64,000 nt of DNA, from contig CAVNZM010000004.1 in assembly GCA_963693365.1 (NCBI GenBank), positions 3,710,047 through 3,774,046 on the forward strand. Direction: 5' to 3'. Numbering within the stretch: the stretch's first letter is position 1; each line of letters opens with the position of its first letter. The DNA comes from Amoebidium appalachense (Eukaryota > Protista > Ichthyosporea). A model generated the notes under the pieces. The model made no database searches. It saw nothing but the letters and a program-made list of their open reading frames with translations, and had not been told where the DNA came from. A program made the position numbers and the translations under genes. Of this stretch, positions 1-11,351 are shown piece after piece.

Positions 1-130
1 ATGAGGTATCGAATTACCTGGCTGACTGAGTCTGGATACCTCTGCTGACGTGAAATTGGTAAATAGGGAGCACGGACGGTAGAGGGGAATAGACTTGTAG
101 GATGGGCCCATTCCACTGTGCACACTTGAG

Positions 131-340
131 GACCAACGGTTCAATACAGACTATGTACGCTTCCAGGCTACTAAAACTTGGACGTCGCTGGCTAAAATCA
201 CTATGGCATATGACGTCACACTGAGATACTTCCACATATGGATGTATCTCTGTGTGACGTCATTTTAGTTTGAGATTTCCCCAAGAATCAGCTAATTATG
301 TGGTCTGTCGGGGTACATAGTCTTTTTTGAATCGTTAGTC
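131..340 (+). ncRNA. Candidate intronic long hairpin RNA (pre-miRNA-like foldback) in a CABLES intron
   Basis: Outer stem 131-158 pairs with 313-340 (24 Watson-Crick pairs, 1 G-U, 3 mismatches). Inner stem 210-234 pairs with 239-263 (23 of 25 Watson-Crick, two U-U) around a CATA loop. Short linking helices lie between them (CAGGCTAC/GTGGTCTG, CTTGG/CCAAG, CTAAAAT/ATTTTAG). Confidence 0.5.
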
Positions 341-360
341 GTTAACCCATTGGCATACAG

Positions 361-639
361 GAGGACACGGACACTGAGTCGTTGGATCTCCTGGAGATGC
401 CTCACCTGCGCTTGGGCCGGCACAGAACTGTGCTGAGCCTGCCTGGGTATAAGGTGTGGGTCCAAGCCCCTTGCATCCTTTGTTCCGCCTTGTTATGTTT
501 TTGCCCTTCGTATGTTCTGTTTCCTTGTGCGGGGATGTGTGTGTTCATTTAAAATGGGGAGGGGGGGGGGGGGGGGGGGTGTTATCCTATCCTATCCTCA
601 AAGGACAATGTCATAAACATATGCACATTCATGCAGAGC

Positions 640-681
<42 letters not shown>

Positions 682-767
682 CGGTTGGTGGATAAATAAG
701 TGACTGATTGGGTGGATAGGAGTGAGTGAGTGATTTGTGGGTGGGTGGATGGGTCGGTAGGTGAGTG

Positions 768-805
<38 letters not shown>

Positions 806-995
806 TGTGTATCTGTGCGAGCTTGGGTGTGTGAGCTTGCGTGTGCATGCGTGTGTGTAGTCGTATGTTCTGTTTCCTTGTGCGGGGATGTGTGTGTTCA
901 TTTAAAATGGGGATGGGAGGGGGGGGGGGGGGGGGGGTATCCTATCCTATCCTCAAAGGACAATGTCATAAAACATATGCACATTCATGCAGAAC

Positions 996-1041
<46 letters not shown>

Positions 1042-1127
1042 CGGTTGGTGGATGAATAAGTGACTGATTGGGTGGATACGTGAGTGAGTGAGTGATTGTG
1101 GGTGGGTGGATGGGTCGGTAGGTGAGT

Positions 1128-1184
<57 letters not shown>

Positions 1185-1671
1185 TGTGTGTCTGTGGTGT
1201 GTGTGTGTATCTGTGCGAGCTTGTGTGTGTGAGCTTGCGTGTGAATGCGTGTGTGTAGGCGTGAGTGCGTGCATGCGTGCGTGTGTGCTTTCCTACCTGC
1301 CCGTGTTTTGCGCGTGCATGTATGTGTTACGTATTCACCCCGTGCACCCCACCCACCCAACCTGTTTTTCACACAGGTGTCCGTGCTGGGGTATACCCGT
1401 CCAGAGGAGTTCAAGAAGTACACCAATGAAAAGTTCAGGGACCTGCATCCTGACGTCATGATCACCCTTAGGTAAATTGCAGAAACTTGTTGAAACTAAA
1501 TACTTTCCTTTTTCCTGGATCGATTTCAACCCCCGGAATGGAAGAGGTGTGGGTGGGTGGGTAGGTTGGTGGGTGGGTGGGTGGCTCAGTGACTGGGTGG
1601 ATGGGTGGGTGGCTGGGTGTGTGTGCGTGTGTGTGTGTGTCTGTGTCGAAGATGGGAGGGCAACCTCGGCA

Positions 1672-1707
<36 letters not shown>

Positions 1708-2307
1708 TTTGCACCTTACCCCTTGAAGGCCAATGGGGTAGTAAGGGGCTTTGCGATGGCAGATATATCGAGGATTGTGAGGTATAAGCCCTGCATATCT
1801 CGTTCTGCCAGCTGTGTTTTGAATGGTTTTTTATTTTATGCCCCCTACTCATTGCCAATCATCCGGTTTGACCTGAACTGTGTTTTTTCTCTCTTCACAG
1901 CAAGATGCGGAGCCTCAAGAAGCAGATGGCACGGGTGGCCCTATCGAATATATCTCTGGTCCCAGGCGCCTATGAGGTTGGGCTGTCTTTTCTCTGTCTC
2001 TACCCTTCTAGCACATCTTTTACGCTCCCTCTTTGCTTGCCTTCACACCAATACTACCTTGTAAATTAAGGGATATCTTATTCTATATTCCAAATGATGT
2101 TCTCCGTTCTGTAAACCATCACTTGTGTATGAGACATATACAAAACGGTGACTTAGGCCCCAGTCCTTGCACATAGGCACACTCCCTGTTTGCACCATTG
2201 ATTCACTAACGGTATAGAGATATGATGCTACCACGAGCATGCTTGCCTGCACACCCACACGCATGTGCGCATGTGCGCATGCACACACACACACAGACAG
2301 ACACATA

Positions 2308-2397
<90 letters not shown>

Positions 2398-2662
2398 ATC
2401 TTCTTACTCTTGATATCCCCAGTCTCTGTTGGAGCCTGCCACCCTCAGCCTGGGGCATATTTATTTCGAAAGACTCGTCTGGAAGGTTTTTACCCCCCAC
2501 CCTCACCCCCACCCCATCCTCCCCCTCTCCGCTCACGCATCCACCCACTGTAACCAACAGCGCCTCTCTCCCTCTCTTTCTCTCTCTCTCCCCCCTCCCC
2601 CCTCCCTTCTCTCTCTCCTCCGTCCACCACCGCCCCTTCCTCCTCCCCCTTCACCCCCCCTC

Positions 2663-2695
<33 letters not shown>

Positions 2696-3719
2696 ACTCT
2701 CTCTTTCTTTTCTCTCTTACCTCGCCTCATCACCATCGCATTGAGAAAAGTTCAAACACCCAGTCGGTTGGAGGTTTGGAAAAGAGGAAGATTGTGTGTG
2801 GGTTGAAGGTGGGGATAAACCACAAATGGTGGGGTGTTTCTGTGTGTGAAGAGAGAGGGCCGGGGGAAAGGGGGAGGGGAAGGTGGGAGGGAGGGGAAAA
2901 GGGGGGGGGGGGGGGGGGGGGGGAAGGTGGGGGAGGGGGGGGAGGGGGGGGGGGGGGATGGAAGCAAACCTAACACTGAGCACGTTTGGGTACATGCAGG
3001 GGATAGCACACAAGGGCAACAGACGGCTGGTAGCAGGTGGGTGTTTCCTGTGTGATAAACGAATGGTTGCCCTTCTAAGTTTGTTGCAATGGCTCTGGGG
3101 TTTTGTTGGGCAATGTTGCATGTGGTGTAAATTGATATTTGTGTGTGTTTTGTGGCAACGAGGATTTGAAACGAATGAATGGTATGTGCTTATGGCATTC
3201 AGAAAGTCTCCCTATGTGTGTATGTAAGCGCATTGGGGCGGGGGGGGGGAAGGGGGGGAGGGGGGGGGGAGGGGGGGATGAAATGGGTGGGGGGATGGGG
3301 GGCGAGTATATGGTGTGTTGGTGTTGGATAGTGGGAATGGGTGTGTGGGTGGGTGTGCCGGTACGTGCGGGTATGGGAATATGGACGTATTGGGTGATTG
3401 TGTGTGACTTTATACTTGCACACGTTTATACACGTTTATCCTTGTACGTGCTCGCATGTGTATGTGTATGCCATGCTGTCCTGCTTCTCCTTCCCACACA
3501 AGCAGGAGAGAGGGGGAGCGGGGAGGGGAGGGGGGGGGGGAGGGGGGGGGGGGGGGGGGGGGGGAGGGGGGCTGGGCATTGCCTATGCAGTGCATTGATA
3601 TGGTGATGTGCAGCCGCCTGCCTGTATCTGGCCACCAAGTTCTACAACTCAAGGGTATCGTCTAACTTTTTGGCTGGTCTTCTGGAGGTAGGGAACGGTG
3701 TCACTAATAAACCTACTAA

Positions 3720-3765
<46 letters not shown>

Positions 3766-5255
3766 CACACATGCAAGCACATATACACACCAACTCTCAC
3801 AGGCACACACGTACATACATTCACTCACTCTTACGTACTTGTGTAATGGCTAGCTCGCGCACGCACTCGTTTACTCACCAACATACTCACACACTTACTT
3901 ACTCACTCACTTGCTAACTCATTCACTCACGCTCACACACACACTTTCGCGAGCCCCCTCCTCCTCCCCCCCCCCCCTCCCCCTTCTCCCCCTTGCACAA
4001 AAGTACAAATGCCCACATGTGTACCAACACAGCCACCTTGCCAATTTCTCTTACGCTCACTCTCTTTCCATCACACCTGCACACTTGCACTTGGACACTT
4101 TTAGTAGTCACATAATCACATCATACCATTCTCTTTTTTTCTTTCTTCCCCACCCGCACCACACCTCCATACATACACACATACTTATTAACTATTAACC
4201 CTCTCCACAGCGAATCGAGCGCGAGTTCCAAGTCACAACTCGTGATGTTAAGGCTGCAGAGTTCCCCGTGTATGCTGCTCTGGAGTTTTCATTGCACGTT
4301 CCCCTTAATAGGTACCCCCCCCCCCCCCCCCCCCCCTCCCTCCCTCCCTCCCTACCTCTTGCCCTCCCCCCATCCCCCCCCCCCCCCCCCTCCCCCCTCC
4401 TCCCTGCCCTCCGCTCGACCCATCCTGCGCCCCTCTCCCCAACATAACTCGGACTATCGGTTTGGCTTTTTTCAAGCCCAAAGCAATGGGTGATACCATA
4501 TTTCCGGCTGACATCCGGGGGCATAGCTTTCCGTTCGAAGACGATAAAGTTCCGCCCTAGTAAGCGTGTTACTACCCTGCGGCGTGGGTCAAATCTCATA
4601 TTTTCCCCTCTGATTACGAATTCTGTGGCCTTCGGGACTTAATTCTTTTCAGCTGGTGTAGTATGTTAGCCAGGGAAGTATCGACTTAGGTATCGACGGG
4701 GGAGCTTCCTAGAAGCCCCGTCTCCTGAGTTCCTATCTATATTTTTCTTGCTTCTGCTTACTGCTGCAACTTTAACCCCCGGCCTTTCCCACTGCCCTTG
4801 CCTGCATAAGCAACCCTGCTCGTCTCTGATCAAGACGGGTGACCTACTCATGTTCAAGTGAAACAGTATCTGAGTTGGGTTTCGTTAACGAGGGGAATAG
4901 GTCGAAACTCGGGTACTGTGGATGACGTGGGCCCCCCCTGAGGATGGGCTCTGCTTATTATGCATACTCTTTATGTATGGCTTGCATTCTGCATCGTGTT
5001 ATCCGTTTGTTCTTGTGTACTTCGTACTTTTTGACGCATTCAAAACCCCCTCCCCCCCCCCCCCGGCTGCCGCCTCTCTAACCAGAAAAGGGCTCCAAAT
5101 GCTGCACATTTATTTGCCCCTCTCATTCACCATCCTCTTCCCTTCCCCGTATTCCTGGTTGTAGTTGTGCGTATTTAGTAATCTGACTTAGTTTGTTGTC
5201 CACCACAGAGCCTTGGCTGTCTTTCAGCGTCTGATTCAGGTAAGCAGCCTCCAGA

Positions 5256-5308
<53 letters not shown>

Positions 5309-5557
5309 CCCCTTTCCCCCCTTCCCTCTTGGACTTTATACCAAAGAAGCATTTTTTTTTTTTCGTTTCCCGGTCGTTTTATCATCATAAAGCAATGTAG
5401 GGCATCTATATTAGGCGTATGTGATATGCTTTTCGTTGAGTTTGGTTGTCGGTAGGTCAGAGCAGAAAAACGTTTGCCATGTTTTTTTGGGACATACGAG
5501 ATACACACCGTGCTAACCTTCTATCCCCCTCCCTTCCCCCTCATCCTCCCCCCCACC

Positions 5558-5594
<37 letters not shown>

Positions 5595-5704
5595 CCCACA
5601 TACACACATACGCTTACTTGTATGCAAGTACATAAGCCTACATACACAATGACGCTCACCTCCACTATGCTGTCAAAAGAATAGGTGTCACACGCACACA
5701 CACA

Positions 5705-5790
<86 letters not shown>

Positions 5791-5876
5791 CGGAAGACTA
5801 CAAGGAACGGCTATTTGACCCTTTGGAGATGAGGGCTAAGGGCCTGTGTGTGTCGCGTCTGCAATCCCTCCCCTGA
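361..5876 (+). CDS. CABLES: CABLES-like (CDK5 and ABL1 enzyme substrate) cyclin-fold protein, 3' part; the 5' end lies before the window
   Basis: Phase-consistent GT-AG exons: 361-453, 1377-1471, 1901-1976, 2423-2485, 3000-3036, 3614-3687, 4211-4311, 5209-5239, 5790-5876 (TGA). The spliced peptide includes [55 protein letters not shown]...[31 protein letters not shown]...[16 protein letters not shown], which matches the conserved CABLES C-terminal cyclin box. Confidence 0.9.
508..1258. repeat. Tandem duplication of a ~350-400 bp intronic unit
   Basis: The unit TCGTATGTTCTGTTTCCTTGTGCGGGGATG...GCGTGTGTGTAG occurs at 508-860 and again at 861-1258. Unique parts are nearly identical; the copies differ mainly in G-run, (GA)n and (GT)n lengths. 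Confidence 0.9.
4447..4957 (+). ncRNA. Candidate structured intronic RNA (multiple hairpins, possible pseudoknot) in CABLES intron 4312-5208
   Basis: Non-repetitive island with consecutive stems: TTTCCGG/CCGGGGG; CCGC-TAGTAA/TTACTA-GCGG; ACTTAGG-GACGGG-GCTTC/GAAGC-CCCGTC-CCTGAGT; CTCGTCT/AGACGGG; a 14-bp stem 4863-4876/4906-4919; a crossing helix GACCTA 4841-4846/TAGGTC 4898-4903. Non-canonical pairs are mostly G-U on the + strand. Confidence 0.4.
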
Positions 5877-6067
5877 TGCATCCGCTGTTTCCTGCTAGGA
5901 TGTGTCTTCTTTTTGCCGGAAATCTATCATCCATTACCTTCCCTTGTTCCACACATTCCCCTTACCCTCTCCTCTCCGTTTATCTAGATCTCATCTCTCT
6001 TCTTTCCCTCCCTCCCTCCCTCCCTTGTCCCTCCCTCCCTCTCTCCTCCCCCCCCCCCCCCTCTCTC

Positions 6068-6121
<54 letters not shown>

Positions 6122-6901
6122 TCTCTCTCTCCCTCTAGATTGTGCAGGGATGATCGGGCTCCTATGTTTTTTGAACCGAATGTATATGTTTCTTAATCGC
6201 CTTAAGGGCATATGCGCACATACACACGCGCACTTCGCACGTGGCTTGTTTGCCGTTGCGTGTGTATGTGTGCGAGGAGAATATTGGAAACATATCGGAT
6301 TTTCTATGTGATAATTTAGATTTGCTGAATGTATTGCCAGGTGTGAGCTGTATTTTTTGTAGCATGCGTGATTGTGTATGCTGGGGTGAACGAAAATTTG
6401 ATTTGCCACATTATTGGCGTAAATAGTTCGAGTTTTCCAAATGTTGTTTTTGAATGTCTGCCAAAAAATGACCAATACTCATGCAAGCTCAATTGTGAGA
6501 ACCGTTGTTCTAATACTACAACCATGCGCATATACATATGTGCATGCTTGTTGCTCAAAATATCCTGTGTGCCAGCAAACCATGAGATGTAACATAAACG
6601 AATGAATGTACACTTATGACATTGTATACGAGTAAAATGCGGCCGAGCCCAGTTATGACCATAAAATTCTGCCCATATATATACTACATGTGAAGGTTTT
6701 CGTGCTACTCCGGGAGGCCATCCTTGCAAAGGTGTGATGAATGTACCTATTATAAATGTACATGCATTAATGATTATTCTTGATCGTGTACGTTGGATCC
6801 TAATGTGGCTCTCATGTGTGTGTGCCTGTTTGCGACTGCAGGCTGTGCGACTGTGTGTGTAGGGGTGTAAGGATGTTTTGTGGGCATACTTGCTTCCAAA
6901 A

Positions 6902-6933
<32 letters not shown>

Positions 6934-7049
6934 GAGGGGGGGGGGAGGGGAGGGGGGAGTTGACTTTCATGTGTGCGGCCTGCGCATGGCGGATGTGTAT
7001 GGTGTGAGGCCGTGTGTTTTGGCATGTTCGCAAAATGGGGGGAGGGGAA

Positions 7050-7089
<40 letters not shown>

Positions 7090-7879
7090 CGGTGGTGTGA
7101 CTTTCGTGTGTGTGTACCTGTTTATGGGCTGTGGGGAGAGGGGAGGGGGGGGGGATGTTGTGGATGGCATACATTCTGCGAGGTGTGTTTGTGTGTGTGT
7201 TGGGGGGAGATGTATGCATTGAAGTTAAGAGGGTTGAAAATACGAACGTACATATGGAAAGGGGGTACACAAAAAAAAGGACAAGACGCAAAAAGAGGGG
7301 GCACAAACTTTGATACATGCAAACTTTGAAACCAGAACCCAAATTTATAGATGTGTGGATAATTGGAGAGGTTTGTTATCGCCGGATGTTCTGTTTTGAG
7401 TGGTACACGGGTGTACGTGTGCGCGACATGAAAAATGGTTAGTTGTGCTGGCCCATGTAAATTTTTTCTATGATATGTATGTGTATAATAAAACCAAAAA
7501 GCTTTAGGAATATATCATGTATATGTACATGTTTTTGTATGAGTATATATTTGTATGCACGCTTAGCTTACGTATGTAGTCTGTGTGCATGCCAGGTACA
7601 TGGTGTGTCGTAATGTAAGTGCACACATGTACATGTGTAAAACCTTTGTGGGTGTGCATGTGATTCATTGTGTGCATGCACATGTGCGACCATGGGGGGA
7701 GAGGGGGGGGGGGGGGGGGGGGTAGAGGGGGGACCGGGAGGGGGGGGGGGTGGGGGAGTTTAGAGTCCCCGGAATTTCGAAGCAACTGCCAGACTGTGTC
7801 ATGACGCTCAAGCAATCACCCTAAGCCACTGTAGGTGGAGCATATGCATAGAGCACATAGGTGGTGCCGGAAAGGGGGA

Positions 7880-7920
<41 letters not shown>

Positions 7921-8429
7921 CTGGGGCTTGCACGTGCACACTACTTACGTAATTGACAGAGACACGTCGAACAAATTACCGACACAAAGCAAGGATACTA
8001 CTCAAAGCTGTCCCCCGCACAGAGCATGCACATGATGTAGCGTGCGTACGGAGGAGGGGTAGGGAGGGCAGGAGGGCGATCTCCAGGGGAAAGGGGAGGC
8101 AGGGAGGGGAGAGCTGGCGCGGGGGAGAGGGGGAGTGTGTGTGTGTGGGGGGGGGGGGGGGGGGAGGGGGAGGGGGGGTTATTTTCAGAGGGTACGTGCA
8201 CAGTATGTATATACTTGAAGTAACTAATAAGCAATGCATGTGGTTCCAAGAGGAAAAAGATGCTCGGCATAGAATGCTGTGCAGAGTCCCAGGGAAAACT
8301 TAACCCGTGCGTGACAAAAATAAAGGCAGTGTGGATCTGGTGAGATATGCAAAAACCAACAGTAACCACAACTTCAATCTAGAGGGCAGCATTATGATAA
8401 GCAGAGCCCATACCCCCCCCCCCCCCCCC

Positions 8430-8465
<36 letters not shown>

Positions 8466-8565
8466 CACGCATGGGTATACAAGTATGCATATCCGGGAGC
8501 CTGCAGCCAATAGATCGCTCTGAGACAGGGGGGGGGGGAGGTACTAACGGAGAATGGTTGAAATA

Positions 8566-9697
8566 CAGATACCGTCCGCGAATAAGAACCCCCCAAAATG
8601 TGGCGGGGGGGCGGAATCTTGATTTTTTTTCTTTTTTTCTTTTGACTCGGGTTTATTGATCCGTTGATGAAGGCAACGTGCAGCCACAGGCTACATCCAG
8701 GCACCCATAAAACTGAAAAAGCCAAAGCTACGGAATAAAAATAAAAAATAAAGCGACAAGTGACAAAGGACACCAGCGGGCAAAACCTTAAGTGTACGTG
8801 TATGCGTGAAACTAGTTTGCTCCAACTGGTCGTATGCATCGATGTTGACCAGACCACACTCCGCAAGAAGACATCATTACTGCTCCTTCCCAACAGGTCC
8901 CCCTCAAAAACTATCGGGGCACAGCAAGCAAGTCAAGCCTCTAAAAGAGCAATGCAGACCACATCTGAGCTAAAAAACAATCCCAACGGGCCCGACCCCT
9001 AGATAACCCGGAGAAACTGCATCTAGCTCTCTGATAAGGTGGCCTAGTTGTGGCAGGACACACAGAAAAACACAATTACAGAATGCATGCAAGCAAACCC
9101 GGTCATTGCCATACGACTGGAGGCTAAGGACTGGCAGTCACTTGGAAAGCTCCCCGACGACCAAGTAGCCGCCCCTCCACTCACGCAGCGCAGAAGTAGC
9201 TGAAGAAGTTGCAGCAGCCCACCGCCAATAGGTCGCGTAGAAGCGTAGACAGCGTGTAGAAGTTACCATAGGATGCAGTGGACCACCAGGCGAAGTTGAA
9301 GAAACCACTTCTCAAGCGAGAAACTCAGCGAACCCCACACTCTCACAGCAGTAGGAATACACCAGGCCACACCACACACACGCTGCAGTCACGTTTCCCC
9401 GAGTGGGACTCCCTCCCACCACAAAAAGAAGAAACGAAAGCCCTTATATACCTGCCATGGTGAAGAATCGGGAAAAAAAGTTGACGTGACAGCTAAGACA
9501 TCGAAGTGAAAGTGAAGTCCTTGATTTTTTTGGAGGGTCGAGGTCAGAATCTTACCATCCAGCATGATCTATTCATCCGTCCGCCAATAAGATCACCCCG
9601 AAAACTTGCCGGGGGGCAGAATCTAAAATATAAAAAAAACGATTTTGCCGGGGGCGAAATCTTATTGGCGGGTGTTCTTATTCGGGGACAGTATCTG
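8566..9697. mobile_element. Non-autonomous Tc1/mariner-superfamily DNA transposon (~1.13 kb)
   Basis: Left end TA|CAGATACCGTCCGCGAATAAGAAC and right end GTTCTTATTCGGGGACAGTATCTG|TA form 24-bp TIRs with 2 mismatches and a TA target duplication. Subterminal repeats G(G/C)CGGGGG(G)C..AATCT occur near 8602, 9608 and 9647. No intact transposase ORF. Confidence 0.8.
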
Positions 9698-10828
9698 TAA
9701 TCAAGGCGCCTTAATATGGGCTCATAGGGACAGTGCAGATTCCGGTATGAATAAAATGTCCATAAATACGTAAATAGGGCCACATGAAACCAAAACTGTT
9801 GTTTGTTGTCGTCATCATGGTATTAACACGGTGTGTGTTTCAAGCCCAGCATTATTATGTTTCGTGGACAGGGTCCGCCATATACGTGCACAGTTACTAG
9901 ATAATAAATTTTAGGTAGGAAATATAGCCACACGACTGCTTTCCAACTAACTCATACCTATATGTTCGGGACAGAGAGATAACATACATATCACAACATG
10001 AGAGACATGATCACAATTATATTCAATAGCTATGTGTGTATACACACTAATATTAGGTTAATGGGTTTGCTCAAGCCAAATGAACTTTTACACAAGGGCA
10101 ACTATAAAGTTTTTACAAAACAACTAAAAAAGAAGGAATACTCCTGTAGTTTAAGCTCAGGCACGGTTACAGAATTACAATAAAGCATCCGCTCAAAAGT
10201 ATGGGGAACGAGTTTTCGTGTGTGTATGTGTGTGCTTGTGTGTGTCTGCGCACGCGTGCGTGGTCACGCGCGCACGCGTATGTAAGTGTGTAGGCTTGAG
10301 CCTGTGTGTGTTTGTGTGTGTTGAGGGGTGAGGAAGAATAGGGGGGAGGGGGAGGGGGAGGGTGTATGTGTGTGTGTGTGTTGGGGGGGGGGAGGGGGGG
10401 GGGATCAATTAACCCCAGTTACAAAAACATAGCACCCAAGCTGTACAAAACATTCGGCTACAAAAGCCGGCTAGTTACAAGTTGGCCTTTGTATATAATC
10501 ATGTTAAACATATGGCCTACAGCTGCAGAATAGCCACGGCTACTTCATTCAGCAAACACACGGAGAAAAGGCCAGTAGAGGAATATAGGGTGGAGGTTGA
10601 AAGAGGCATGAAATTCCCCACAGAGAAAGAAAAGAGCAAACACGGGGGAGGCAGGGTTAGGTGTGTGTGCGTGTGTTTGTGGATTGGGGGGAGGAGGGGG
10701 GGAGGGAGGGAGGGAGGCGTTGTAAGGGCCTGGAGAGGGGCCGGGGGGAGGGGGGAGGGGGGGGGGAGTGTGGGGAGGGGGAGGGGGAGGGGGGGCGGAT
10801 TGTGAGAGAGGGTATATGGCGGCAGAAC

Positions 10829-11351
10829 CTAGAAACTCGTCTGGTCGTAATAATAGATGAGTAGTTCGCCATTGTCCAAGGAACACAATCCCTGCTCCCA
10901 ACCCTCGACCGGATACAGCATACTCACCAGCCTCCTGCCTTCTCCTCCCTTCAGCCACGAGCCGAGCAGGTCTTTTAATCTCTCCAATGCCTTTGGCAAA
11001 AGAAACACAACCACGGCAGTAGCACCGAGCAATTGATGATCCAAGGTGAAAAAAATCTTGCTCCAAAATGTCATATTTTACTGCTTCTTGGCATTCGCTC
11101 AAGGTTTTCCTCGCAGATTCAGCGATCGGTTTATTTGCTTCAACTCCCAGCAAACGGCAGCCTGACGGTGCAGCAGCCAGAAGAACTGTCCCATCACCAC
11201 AGCCAAGGTCTAATAATGTGTCGGATGTTTTAAGCGAGAGAAGACTCAATGCTGCGTCTATTAGCTTATTAGGTGTACGGACAAACGGGACGGCAAAATT
11301 AGCCGGAGGAGCAACCCCTCCTACCACTGTGCTAGCTACAGAGACTGGCAT
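10829..11351 (-). CDS. Intronless class I SAM-dependent methyltransferase, FAM173-like; reading frame broken by a 1-nt shift in a T7 run
   Basis: The frame from ATG 11351 gives VPFVRTP...LLDLGCGDGTVLLAAA...LLGVEAN...EQDFF. The expected continuation TLDHQLLGATAVVVFLLPKALERLKDLL...RRLVSMLYPVEGW...IYYY (stop 10829) is in another frame. Removing one base of the A7 run at 11049-11055 joins them into a ~173-aa protein. Confidence 0.8.

Noticed and set aside
4820-4920. Hammerhead or HDV ribozyme (CTGA...GAAAC motifs)
   Set aside because: The core reads CTGATCA and is not adjacent to stem II, the stem III partner lies in the wrong place, and there is no HDV P1.1/P4 arrangement.
4944-8412. 15-nt inverted match ATGGGCTCTGCTTAT between ~4944 and ~8398
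   Set aside because: A few matches of this length are expected by chance in 64 kb across both strands.
10545-11048. C-terminal half of the 268-aa ORF as the real methyltransferase tail
   Set aside because: It loses methyltransferase motifs after QDFF and runs into poly-Pro repeat sequence; the alternative frame carries the expected motifs.
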